A DNA stretch of 64,000 bases from an uncultured Poribacteria bacterium. GTDB taxonomy: Bacteria > Poribacteria > WGA-4E > WGA-3G. Below are positions 20,472 through 31,061 of this stretch, piece after piece (the stretch's first letter is position 1; each line of letters opens with the position of its first letter). A program made the translations under genes and the position numbers. Below the pieces are notes generated by a model. The model searched no databases and was not told the DNA's origin. It saw only the letters and a list, made by a program, of their open reading frames with translations. The DNA is taken from the NCBI GenBank assembly GCA_951813565.1, contig OX638351.1:4896001-4960000 (forward strand). The letters are read 5' to 3'.

Positions 20472-22082
20472 TTAGTCATCTAACAGTCGTTTTAGAAATG
20501 TGGCGAGTTCTGTGAGTTCTTTTGCCCATTTTTCCCCGAAGATATCAACGAGTATTTTTGGGTTACCTTCTCTCATCTTGTCTAATATGTCTGAAAGTCT
20601 GCTCAAGTTCATTGTATTGCAGTTCGTTTCTTCATCTTTGATAATGCTTGCACTTTCAAAGATGCTTCCCGCCAAACCTGCTTGGAATTCTCCCCACCGC
20701 GGTCCCATAATTTTTTTCAAATGTCCGAGTTGTTTTGAATTGAATATGCCGCCACCTTTTTTTGTAAATTCTTGAAATAGGAGTACAGGGACATCTCTTT
20801 CTGACCATTCTATGATGCGTTTTGCTGCGGGAGTCTTTCTAATTTCAGGGGTTTCTTCCGTTCGCTTTACTTCATCAAGTAGGTCTTGATATCGTTGTAG
20901 GGTTTCAGGTTCAAGCAGTACGTCGAGGCTTGAACGAATTCTGTTAAGTTCGTTTTGTAAGCCTGTACTTGTGAGATCGACTGTTTCTGAATAGATTGCT
21001 CGTCTGATGAGGTTTTCAAAAATGCGGGGTAGTCGTTTACGCATTGCGCGATTGATGAGGTTTGCCAAAATGGAGGATAGTGGTCCTTTACGCATTGCGC
21101 GATTGATGAGGTTTGCTAAAATGGAGGGTTGTAGTTCCTTCCATAGTTTTGGACCTAATCCTTTTTTGACTACTCCTAATTCTTCGGTTTTTAGGAGTAT
21201 CAGGTGGTCTATTGCCATTTCAGGTCGGGTCATAAGATCTTTAAACCACCTTGTGTTCTGGAGTTCTATTTTTGCTTTATATGCTTCGTCCGTTTGTCTA
21301 AAGTGTTGTGCTTGTTCTGGCGTAATTTTTCCTTCTACAACAATTTTGTCTAAATTGTTGTAAAGGTCTTCTGATAGTGTGTCGAAAAATACTTTTTTTA
21401 GTTCGCGTGCATTGTCTGGTAACATTTTATTTTGCCGTATACTTAGATCTATATTCTTCATATAGTTTGGTCGTAACCGAACTATATCTCCGAAAGTGTA
21501 TCCTTTCCCTGTCTCTTTGATTGCCTGTTTTACTTTCTCTTCTGTTTCTGCCGTGAAACAGTTGCCAATGATGCGTTCAACAACTGCAAGGTTTGGGTCC
21601 GGTAGTAAGAATCTTGTGAGACCTTCTTTCTCCGTAAGTTCTTTTAGTTTTGCATTTGTGGCTGGGAGGATCGCTGCAACATTAAGGTCAAGCGTTGCTA
21701 CCTCTGTGTCCATAGTAGCAACAAGTGTTTTATTTTTTGCGTGACTGAATATGCCGAACATGCTTTGGACTTCGGATACTTCTTCTTCGATAACAAGACT
21801 GAAACTGAACATGTCTGCCTCGAATGATTCGCCAGTCACTTTTTCTATTTTTTCTTGAAGAGCGTCAAGTGCGGCAGTATCTTCTGCCTCCCATTCATCA
21901 ATAACATTATCAAGCAAAATTTTTGCTGTGCGGCTTGGTTGTGTGATGGATGTTCTATACACGTCATATTTTTCTTCGAGTCCTTCAAGAGTCTCCCATA
22001 CTGTTTCTTCTGCTTCTTCCAATTTCTGATTAATCATCTCCCGCACATAAGTTTTTTTGGATTTAATGATACGTGTAAACAT
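20472..22082 (-). CDS. Hypothetical helical protein (~536 aa) with internal 17-aa repeats
   Basis: ATG at 22082 after GGAGG; 51-bp periodic repeat at about 20985-21127; no recognised domain. Confidence 0.75.
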   Translation of the reverse strand: MFTRIIKSKKTYVREMINQKLEEAEETVWETLEGLEEKYDVYRTSITQPSRTAKILLDNVIDEWEAEDTAALDALQEKIEKVTGESFEADMFSFSLVIEEEVSEVQSMFGIFSHAKNKTLVATMDTEVATLDLNVAAILPATNAKLKELTEKEGLTRFLLPDPNLAVVERIIGNCFTAETEEKVKQAIKETGKGYTFGDIVRLRPNYMKNIDLSIRQNKMLPDNARELKKVFFDTLSEDLYNNLDKIVVEGKITPEQAQHFRQTDEAYKAKIELQNTRWFKDLMTRPEMAIDHLILLKTEELGVVKKGLGPKLWKELQPSILANLINRAMRKGPLSSILANLINRAMRKRLPRIFENLIRRAIYSETVDLTSTGLQNELNRIRSSLDVLLEPETLQRYQDLLDEVKRTEETPEIRKTPAAKRIIEWSERDVPVLLFQEFTKKGGGIFNSKQLGHLKKIMGPRWGEFQAGLAGSIFESASIIKDEETNCNTMNLSRLSDILDKMREGNPKILVDIFGEKWAKELTELATFLKRLLDD

Positions 22083-22158
22083 AGTCAACCTCCTTTTGCG
22101 TGATTTTCATTTCCGTTGTCTCATTTGATAGACGAACATGTTTGTCATAAACCGATTT

Positions 22159-22362
22159 TCAATCATCCCCCTTCAGTCCCTGAACAATCCAACGAATGGC
22201 GTAATACAATATCCAAAGAAATCCGAAAGGGATCAGACCGATAAAAACTGCAAGTTCCACCCCGACTGAATTGCCCAGCATTATCAGAATCAGAACACCT
22301 AAAAAGAGTGGTATAACAGAAACGACTATCGTGAGTCTGAAAAAGAACCTATCCCAATTCAT
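22159..22362 (-). CDS. Small two-TM membrane protein
   Basis: ATG at 22362 after GGAGG; two hydrophobic segments. Confidence 0.7.
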   Translation of the reverse strand: MNWDRFFFRLTIVVSVIPLFLGVLILIMLGNSVGVELAVFIGLIPFGFLWILYYAIRWIVQGLKGDD

Positions 22363-22442
22363 ATTGCCTCCTGCGGATTTTCTTCGTTTCATTGCCGTAT
22401 CTGATAAACAAACAGGTTGGTAATGATTGACTACATTTCCCT

Positions 22443-22782
22443 TTACCTCACAATATAGTATCTTCGTAAATATAGTTCTTTGCGATTATGTTTTATGCGT
22501 TTCCGCTTTTCTAAAGTCAATAGTGCCTCTTCCAATACTTGTGGGGATAACATTGTTTTATACCGTAAGTAATCGTATGATCGTTCAGTGCCGTCGTCTA
22601 AGACTTCTAATATTCGTTGTTCCGCTTTTTTTTTGTTCCTGATGGTGTGTATACCACTCTTTTCCACCAGAGACATCCCACAACCAATTACCGGCACTAA
22701 TTATAACTAACATTACAATTACAATTACAATACCACAACCTATAACATGTTCTTTTATGGTAAACTTCTGTTCCTGTCCCAT
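22443..22782 (-). pseudogene. TM plus winged-helix-like protein, frameshifted at an A9 tract
   Basis: ORFs 22585-22782 and 22443-22697 join (QEQKKAEQRILEVL) if A9 at 22626-22634 is read as A8. Confidence 0.65.
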
Positions 22783-23148
22783 TCCTTTCGGTTATCCTTT
22801 ATTTTCGTTGTCGCATTTGGTAAACAAATAGGTTTGTCGTAAATCTGAATACGTCGCTTGATCGTCGCGAGGCAAGCGGTGCGCGGCTGTCTACTTCTGC
22901 TGTTTTTCCGTAACGCTTCTTTCAATATTCGAGGGTGTTAACCAATAATGATGCAAAAGTCCACAGTCCCTCTAAACTGTGATTAATCAAAACAATATTT
23001 TAATTAATCACATATTGGACATTAAGGTGTCAATGTTATTTGGACGATTTTGCCATACTTGGCTGCTCGGACAGGTTGATATACAACGAGTCGGTCTCTG
23101 GATAGTAGTTGAGTCTCATGGCTAAATACTCAAATTCACGCAGCCTTT

Positions 23149-24811
<1,663 letters not shown>

Positions 24812-24840
24812 TTTCTTTCTCCCACTAACTCATAATATTG

Positions 24841-25254
24841 TTAATATGCCTCGTCAATCCACTCGTTATCATGGTCGGGGTTATAGATCAACCCCTTCCT
24901 GATATCAACACAGAGGTCTAATTGTTCTAAAACCATGTGTCCGACAAGCACAGGTAAGCCCGCCGGCAAGTCAGTTATCGGTAGTGTGCCTTCTCGTTCC
25001 AATAATGTAAATCGGACTTCTGAATAGATGGTCCGATCCACGATGCCGTTTGACGTTCTCGCCTTTGCTTTGCTTAAGGGTGTTAAACCGAGTTGTTCAA
25101 TGATCGGTTGCGGTAAAGATAACCGCGTGGCACCGGTATCAACGAGGGCATCTTCAACAGTAACACGGCGAACCGCTTCGGGAGTGATAACACCTCTGTT
25201 TGATAAATTGAGGTCTGACAGATTTGCAAGTTCAATTCTTGTTGTGTGTCTCAT
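24841..25254 (-). CDS. Clan AA (retropepsin-like) aspartic protease, copy 2
   Basis: Identical to copy 1 except at residues ~8-19; 443-bp period. Confidence 0.88.
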   Translation of the reverse strand: MRHTTRIELANLSDLNLSNRGVITPEAVRRVTVEDALVDTGATRLSLPQPIIEQLGLTPLSKAKARTSNGIVDRTIYSEVRFTLLEREGTLPITDLPAGLPVLVGHMVLEQLDLCVDIRKGLIYNPDHDNEWIDEAY

Positions 25255-25388
25255 TTTCTTTCTCCTACATAACCGAATGGATCAAGTAATATTTCGGCTA
25301 ATGACGCTTCTTTTTTTATTTTTGTCTCTATTTAGGATACCACACAATACCTGTAAGGTCAAGCTTTTACAGACACTGCCACTTTAAC

Positions 25389-26534
25389 CTAATACTCGCG
25401 TTTATGCCAATCGTCTTCCCAGAGATTGAATGAACCCTCACGATACGGATGCGCCGCAATAAGGTCCTCATTGAGTTCCATACCGAGTCCTGGTCCGTTA
25501 GGTAAGCTAAAGTATCCATCTATCACTTCTGGGCATCCTGTTGATGCTTCTTTAACCCACGCTTCTGAGAAATCATTGAAATGCTCCTGAATTTTGAAGT
25601 TCGTGGTGCATGCAGCGAAGTGCAAAGCGGTTGCAGTAGAAACTGGTCCACCAACGTTATGCGGTGCGACCGTCATATAACACATATCTCCCATCGCAGC
25701 GATTTTTTTGGTTTCCAAAAATCCACCAGTCTGGGTAATATCAGGTTGAAGAATATCTGCGGCTTGTAAGTTAATCAACTCACGATACTCATATTTGTTA
25801 TGAAGTCGTTCTCCAGTAGCAACGGGTAGATTGATCTTTTCTGCTGCTTTTGCAAGTGCTGCAATGTTATCGGGTGGAACGGGTTCTTCAACCCAACTCG
25901 GTTGAAATTGCTCTAACTCTGCAGCAATTTCTATGGCAGTATACGGGCTAAACCGACCATGCATCTCAACAAGTATTTCGACATCCGGTCCCACAGCATC
26001 ACGCACCGCCTCAACGAGAGAAACAGATTTTAACTTCTCCTCATAAGAGAGTTCATAATAGCCAGCACCGAACGGATCAAACTTGAGCGCTTTATACCCT
26101 TTTTCAAGCACCTTTTTGGCAGCCTCGTGAAATTCTTCGGGTGTTCGTTCGACGCGATACCAACCGTTCGCGTAAGCCTTGATTTTATCACGGCAAGCAC
26201 CGCCAAGCAAACGATACACAGGCTGATTCAATGCTTTGCCGATAATATCCCAACATGCGATTTCAACAACGCTAATGCCTGTTGCAACGATTTCTCCTGC
26301 ACGACCATAGTCGTCCCGAAACATCCGCTGATAAAGGTCTTCTGTATTGAACGGATCGCTCCCGATAACGTGTCTGCGCTTGGCACCGTCAATATATGCC
26401 ACAAGCGCATCTGTGCGATTGTTCATCCGTACTTCACTGATACCTGTCAAACCTTCGTCAGTTTCAACTTTAACGAAGGTTAAATTTCGCCAACTGGTAC
26501 CCATCACAAGGGTTACTACATCTGTAATTTTCAT
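25389..26534 (-). CDS. Mandelate racemase/muconate lactonizing (enolase superfamily) enzyme, galactonate dehydratase-like
   Basis: WDIIGKALNQPVYRLLGG, KxD motif ALKFDPF, EMHGRF, WVEEP, TGER and APHN; start at the ATG at 26534. Confidence 0.9.
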   Translation of the reverse strand: MKITDVVTLVMGTSWRNLTFVKVETDEGLTGISEVRMNNRTDALVAYIDGAKRRHVIGSDPFNTEDLYQRMFRDDYGRAGEIVATGISVVEIACWDIIGKALNQPVYRLLGGACRDKIKAYANGWYRVERTPEEFHEAAKKVLEKGYKALKFDPFGAGYYELSYEEKLKSVSLVEAVRDAVGPDVEILVEMHGRFSPYTAIEIAAELEQFQPSWVEEPVPPDNIAALAKAAEKINLPVATGERLHNKYEYRELINLQAADILQPDITQTGGFLETKKIAAMGDMCYMTVAPHNVGGPVSTATALHFAACTTNFKIQEHFNDFSEAWVKEASTGCPEVIDGYFSLPNGPGLGMELNEDLIAAHPYREGSFNLWEDDWHKREY

Positions 26535-26535
26535 T

Positions 26536-27897
26536 CTAACTTTTTGCTTCTCCTTCAGATACACGACGTTGTCCGCTTCCTTGTTGCGGTGCAGGTTCAA
26601 TTGTTGGTGCTTCTTCACCTGCTTCAACCATCCGCCGAATAAGTCGTTCACGCATTACCTCAGCCACATTTTCATGCGATCGAAGTCCGATAAGATTTCG
26701 TAACTCGTACGGGTCTGCATCAAGATCGTAGAGGTACTGCTCAATGTATGTGTCAGAACCAGCGTCTTTTCCACCACCTTTGTTAGGCGCATCAACCCCA
26801 TATTTCCATCGTTGCGTGCGCACAGCGCGACCCACTTGTGCCTCGCTAATTTGGACGAACACCTCTTCGGGCCAATCGTCTGTTTCACCGCGCAGCAGCG
26901 GCAGAACAGATCGCCCTTGCATCTCATCAGGGACTGCCAAACCTGCTGCATCCAATAGTGTCGGCGGTAGGTCTACAAGACTCACGAGCTCTTGAATTTG
27001 TCCGCCTCCGATAAAACCCGGTCCGTGGAATGCAGTCGGCACTCGGATTGAACTTTCGTGGCACGAACGTTTATATTCGCTATTGCGGGTTTTGAAATGA
27101 CACCCATGGTCAGAGGTAAACAGGATGATGGTATTATCAAGTAAATCAAGACTTTTGAGAGCATCCAATAGTCTACCGAGCGCTTCGTCAAGCCTTTTCA
27201 CCATGCCATAATAACCGCCTAAATGCTGGTGCGTTGACCCGCCCAGCGCGGCGAGATCAGGTGGAATCCACTTGCCTGTATACCTTTCCCTATATCCATC
27301 TGGCGGTGGGTAATCGTCCAGATGGTTTTGGTGATGCGGTTCAATGTATGAAGTAAATAGATAGAAAGGATCATTTTTATGTTGGTCAACGTAACTTATC
27401 ACCGCATCTGTTACAGCATCAACACGATAGCCGGGTAGGTCAACAGGTTGATTGTCGTTATCAAAAAGCCTTGTCTGATATGCATCAGAGGTCATTTCCA
27501 GCACATTAGACGCTAACCAATAGTCATATCCACCGCGGTTCTCAGGCGGAACAGGTCCAGTACTTCCTGAATGGAGGTGCCACTTACCGATGTATCCGGT
27601 AGCATAACCTGCATCACCGAAGTGATGTGCAAGTGTTTTGAGATTGGGTGATAAGGGGATACCGTTTCTGAAACATCCTGTGCGAGTTGCATATAGTCCT
27701 GTTTGTAGGCATGAACGTGCTGGTCCGCAGACAGGTTGGCACGTAAAAGAGCGGTGGACATGTGTGCCCCGCTGTGCCATCCGGTCGAAATTGGGCATCA
27801 AATCGAGCGGGTTGCCGTGCAAGCCTGAGGTGTCCCACCGCTGTTGGTCAGTAAAAAAGACAATGACGTTCGGTTGATTTGCGTCAGTTTGTGGCAT
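26536..27897 (-). CDS. Formylglycine-dependent sulfatase
   Basis: PNVIVFFTDQQR, CGPAR (CxPxR), GKWHL and FTSDHG. Confidence 0.95.
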   Translation of the reverse strand: MPQTDANQPNVIVFFTDQQRWDTSGLHGNPLDLMPNFDRMAQRGTHVHRSFTCQPVCGPARSCLQTGLYATRTGCFRNGIPLSPNLKTLAHHFGDAGYATGYIGKWHLHSGSTGPVPPENRGGYDYWLASNVLEMTSDAYQTRLFDNDNQPVDLPGYRVDAVTDAVISYVDQHKNDPFYLFTSYIEPHHQNHLDDYPPPDGYRERYTGKWIPPDLAALGGSTHQHLGGYYGMVKRLDEALGRLLDALKSLDLLDNTIILFTSDHGCHFKTRNSEYKRSCHESSIRVPTAFHGPGFIGGGQIQELVSLVDLPPTLLDAAGLAVPDEMQGRSVLPLLRGETDDWPEEVFVQISEAQVGRAVRTQRWKYGVDAPNKGGGKDAGSDTYIEQYLYDLDADPYELRNLIGLRSHENVAEVMRERLIRRMVEAGEEAPTIEPAPQQGSGQRRVSEGEAKS

Positions 27898-27978
27898 ATT
27901 TCTGTTTTTCCTCTCTATTCAGGTTTTGAATAATCCATTTTAATGAATTATTTGATTGGTGTCAAGTGGAAATGCATC

Positions 27979-28218
27979 CATAGGTGTCAATTTAGGAAAC
28001 AAATCCCATCAAAATTTGTAGGGCCAAATCAACGCCAAATGCGCTTTTTGGCATTTGGCGGGGTCTCTGTGCCCCGCCATATCTGATGTATCCAAACAAC
28101 GGACGGGCACAGAGAACCGCCCCTACGATGGAGCTGGGATGCACAAAAAAATATCGGGCTTAGAAAGCCCTCCCACAAGAGATAATCTGGCAATTATATT
28201 CTTAAATTGACAGTTATG
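27979..28218. mobile_element. MITE, CATAGGTGTCAATTTA family, perfect 20-bp target duplication
   Basis: GTGTCAAGTGGAAATGCATC occurs at 27959-27978 and 28219-28238. Confidence 0.85.
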
Positions 28219-28338
28219 GTGTCAAGTGGAAATGCATCGATTGAGAGGCGTTTAGTTTTTTCAGTTTCCGTAGCGAATTCACCAAAAGACCGTGAAACCG
28301 AAATGTATCCTGTTATATGATTTTATTAGTGATAAACG

Positions 28339-29055
28339 TCACACTGGCTTCAACTTCCTAATACCGTTTTCGTAGCGGACCTGATAAGGTACATCTGGCA
28401 CATCCAGTGCACGGATAGCCAACTCGCCGAACGTGATAAGCGGTTCGGAAAGCAGAAGCAGCGCATCAAGCGATTCAGATGGTGCCTTATCGGTTGTATC
28501 CAGCACGATTTTACGTCCTTTTTGGGTAAATAGGGACTTATCAATCTCTTCATCAAAAAGACGTTTAAGTCTCGGAATATCCTCAGCCTTAATAATCTGG
28601 TATTCGTGTGGATCATCTTTCATCCGCGCCTTTATCGCATCATCGCTTGCGGTGACGTGAATCAAAACCACGTCCGGCAACCTTGCCTCCATAACTTGTG
28701 TCTCATAGCCTCGCTGTGCGCGGTAGTGGTAATTCTGATAATATGAACTTTCTGGATCGCCACCATAAACCGTCGTATAGACTGCTTCTTCTATGTGCCA
28801 TCCTGCAATAAGTGTATTCGGGTAGTTCTTTATCACTTCAACGTGATATTGGATCTGCATCCGTTGCATTCGTTCTTTCACGTCATCCGGGAAGTCTACG
28901 TATGCTGCCCTTGATTCTGCGCTCAATGTAGAATCCGGAATAGTAAAATGATCATCAACGTGCACGGCTAATTTTCTGTGCCGATAGTATTCAGTTAAAA
29001 GATTTATCAAAGTTGATTTTCCTGCATATTCAATGCCGACAAAAACACATCGCAT
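28339..29055 (-). CDS. P-loop nucleoside monophosphate kinase-like protein
   Basis: N-terminal Walker A GIEYAGKST; NMP-kinase-like layout. Confidence 0.7.
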   Translation of the reverse strand: MRCVFVGIEYAGKSTLINLLTEYYRHRKLAVHVDDHFTIPDSTLSAESRAAYVDFPDDVKERMQRMQIQYHVEVIKNYPNTLIAGWHIEEAVYTTVYGGDPESSYYQNYHYRAQRGYETQVMEARLPDVVLIHVTASDDAIKARMKDDPHEYQIIKAEDIPRLKRLFDEEIDKSLFTQKGRKIVLDTTDKAPSESLDALLLLSEPLITFGELAIRALDVPDVPYQVRYENGIRKLKPV

Positions 29056-29179
29056 TAAATTACCTCGCTGTTGAATGAGAAATAAAATTTTGTAGTCTTA
29101 CCTTTAGATTTATCACGAAATCGGAATAATGTCAAGAATTTGGATAGGTTATAAAGCCGACTCCTCTACCTTGATTTCC

Positions 29180-29208
29180 TTGACAACGACACTATTGCAA
29201 GATATAAT
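29180..29208 (+). promoter_or_regulatory. Consensus sigma70 promoter
   Basis: TTGACA-17 bp-TATAAT. Confidence 0.75.
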
Positions 29209-29248
29209 AAACCTTAATCTAAACAATTTTAGCATTAGGAAGCCACCT

Positions 29249-29800
29249 ATGGAACAGATTCAGACTGTTAAAATTCATGATTTGGAGTATGAAACAACTT
29301 ATACCGCTCATATCCAAAGGAACGGGGATGGTTGGATGGGATAGATACAAGAACATCCCAAAGTAAAGTGCGAAGATACCACAAAAGAAGCACTTCTGAA
29401 AACTCTGGAACAAACGCTTTATGAAACGTTGGAGGCTGACTGGGAAGCCTGGGATAAGCAGTTGGAAGAAAACATCAAAGCTGGAAAACTTGATAAATTG
29501 GCCGAAAAGGCTCTTGAGGACTTGCGTGCAGGAAAGTGTACCGACTCTATAGAACTAATCAAACGTTTTGGAAATGCTTTCGTAATCTTTCACAACAACT
29601 TCAACAACGTGCAAACAAGAGTTTTGTAATCTTGAAGCAAGACTCAAAGCATCCTTCTTTGGATTTTAAGAAGGTTGGAAAGATCTTTGGTCTGTGAGAA
29701 TCAGTAGAGATTACCGCACCTTAGCACGTGAAGAAAATGGAACATTAGTCTGGTTTTGGATCGGAAAGCATGATGAATACATCCGAAGAATAAGACATCA
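29249..29800 (+). pseudogene. Decayed toxin-antitoxin pair (antitoxin with an internal TAG; RelE/ParE-like toxin with a frameshift)
   Basis: GWMG*IQEHPKV...WDKQLEENIKAGKLDKLAEKALEDLRAGKC; toxin remnants FWKCFRNL..KHPSLDFKKVG and WSVRISRDYRTLA..LVWFWIGKHDEY lie in different frames. Confidence 0.75.
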
Positions 29801-29834
29801 GGACAACCAAAAATTATCTCTCAAAATTATACTT

Positions 29835-30860
29835 ATGCTAACAATTGGCAATCTCAATATTCCAGATTTTCCGCTTCTGCTGGCACCGATGGAAGATGTC
29901 AGCGATCCACCTTTTCGCGCTGTTTGCAAAGAAAATGGCGCGGATCTCATGTATACCGAATTCATCTCCTCCGAAGCGCTTATTCGTGATGCTGCACAAA
30001 GTGTTGCCAAGTTAGACATCTTTGAAGCGGAAAAACCGATCGGTATCCAAATTTTTGGACACAATATTGAGGTGATGCGCGAATCCGTTGAAATTACTGA
30101 ACGTGTCCAACCGAACATCATTGACATAAACTACGGATGTCCAGTAAAAAAAGTCACTTGTAAAGGCGCAGGCGCAGGAATTTTGCAGGACATTCCGAAG
30201 ATGGTCAAAATGACTGCTGAAATGGTGAAAGCCACAGAATTACCTGTTACCGTCAAAACACGGTTGGGTTGGGACGATAACACAAAATATATTGTTGAGG
30301 TAGCAGAACGTCTGCAAGATGTCGGTATCCGTGCTATTGCCATTCACGGCAGAACGCGGCGTCAGATGTATAAAGGAGAGGCAGACTGGACGCTCATCGG
30401 AAAAATCAAAGATAATCCACGCATGAATATCCCCGTTTTCGGCAATGGCGATGTGGATAGTCCTCAGAAAGCCTCACAGATGCTGCAACAATATGGCGTA
30501 GACGGTATCATGATCGGTCGTGCTGCGATTGGCTATCCGTGGATTTTTAATGAGATTAAACACTATTTCGCAACAGGCAAATTACTTCCGCCGCCCTCAA
30601 TAGACGAGCGCATTGCCGTTTTTAGAAAACATCTGGATTTTTCTATTGAGTGGAAAGGTTTGAAACTTGGATTATTAGAGATGCGACGACACTATACAAA
30701 CTATTTTAAAAGCATTCCGCACGTCAAACCTTTCCGTTACCGTTTGGTCACCTGTGATAGTTACGATGGCGTTTTAGGAATCGTGGAAGAACTCCGCAAG
30801 CATGCTTACCAATACACAGAGCGGACAGACCAATTTGCGTATAGCCCTTCACCCAATTGA
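29835..30860 (+). CDS. dusB: tRNA-dihydrouridine synthase B
   Basis: LLAPMEDVSD, IDINYGCP, TVKTRLGW, IHGRT, NGDV and MIGRA; probable start at 29835. Confidence 0.93.
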   Translation: MLTIGNLNIPDFPLLLAPMEDVSDPPFRAVCKENGADLMYTEFISSEALIRDAAQSVAKLDIFEAEKPIGIQIFGHNIEVMRESVEITERVQPNIIDINYGCPVKKVTCKGAGAGILQDIPKMVKMTAEMVKATELPVTVKTRLGWDDNTKYIVEVAERLQDVGIRAIAIHGRTRRQMYKGEADWTLIGKIKDNPRMNIPVFGNGDVDSPQKASQMLQQYGVDGIMIGRAAIGYPWIFNEIKHYFATGKLLPPPSIDERIAVFRKHLDFSIEWKGLKLGLLEMRRHYTNYFKSIPHVKPFRYRLVTCDSYDGVLGIVEELRKHAYQYTERTDQFAYSPSPN

Positions 30861-30861
30861 A

Positions 30862-30991
30862 CAGAACCATTCAGTTTTCGTGTTTTTCTCAATATTTTGA
30901 TACGGTCGCTACCTGGAGGTCGCTCCTACAAAAGAAATCGGGGTTACAAACCCCTCCCACAAGAGCACTTCGCGACAATTGAATGGCTATG
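30862..30991. mobile_element. MITE, CAGA(G/A)CCATTCA family, ~9-bp target duplication
   Basis: CCAATTGAA|CAGAACCATTCAGTT...AATTGAATGGCTATG|TCAATTGAA. Confidence 0.6.
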
Positions 30992-31003
30992 TCAATTGAA
31001 AAC

Positions 31004-31032
31004 TTGACGTAAAAGCAGAATAATTTTATCAT
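31004..31032 (+). promoter_or_regulatory. Sigma70-type promoter for dapF-dapA
   Basis: TTGACG-17 bp-TATCAT. Confidence 0.55.
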
Positions 31033-31061
31033 AGAATAAAAGACATGAATAAGGACAGGAT

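Noticed and set aside
19611..23100. Prophage or integron
   Set aside because: No integrase, structural genes, attC-type GTTRRRY boxes or flanking att repeats were recognised.
29342..29344. Pyrrolysine or amber read-through in the antitoxin
   Set aside because: The context suggests Trp (TGG to TAG), and the locus has further lesions, so decay is the simpler explanation.
29694..29834. N-terminal extension of DusB in the ORF track
   Set aside because: It is the toxin pseudogene tail. The upstream extensions of lysA, the enolase-family gene, two oxidoreductases and the LamG gene are likewise over-called starts.
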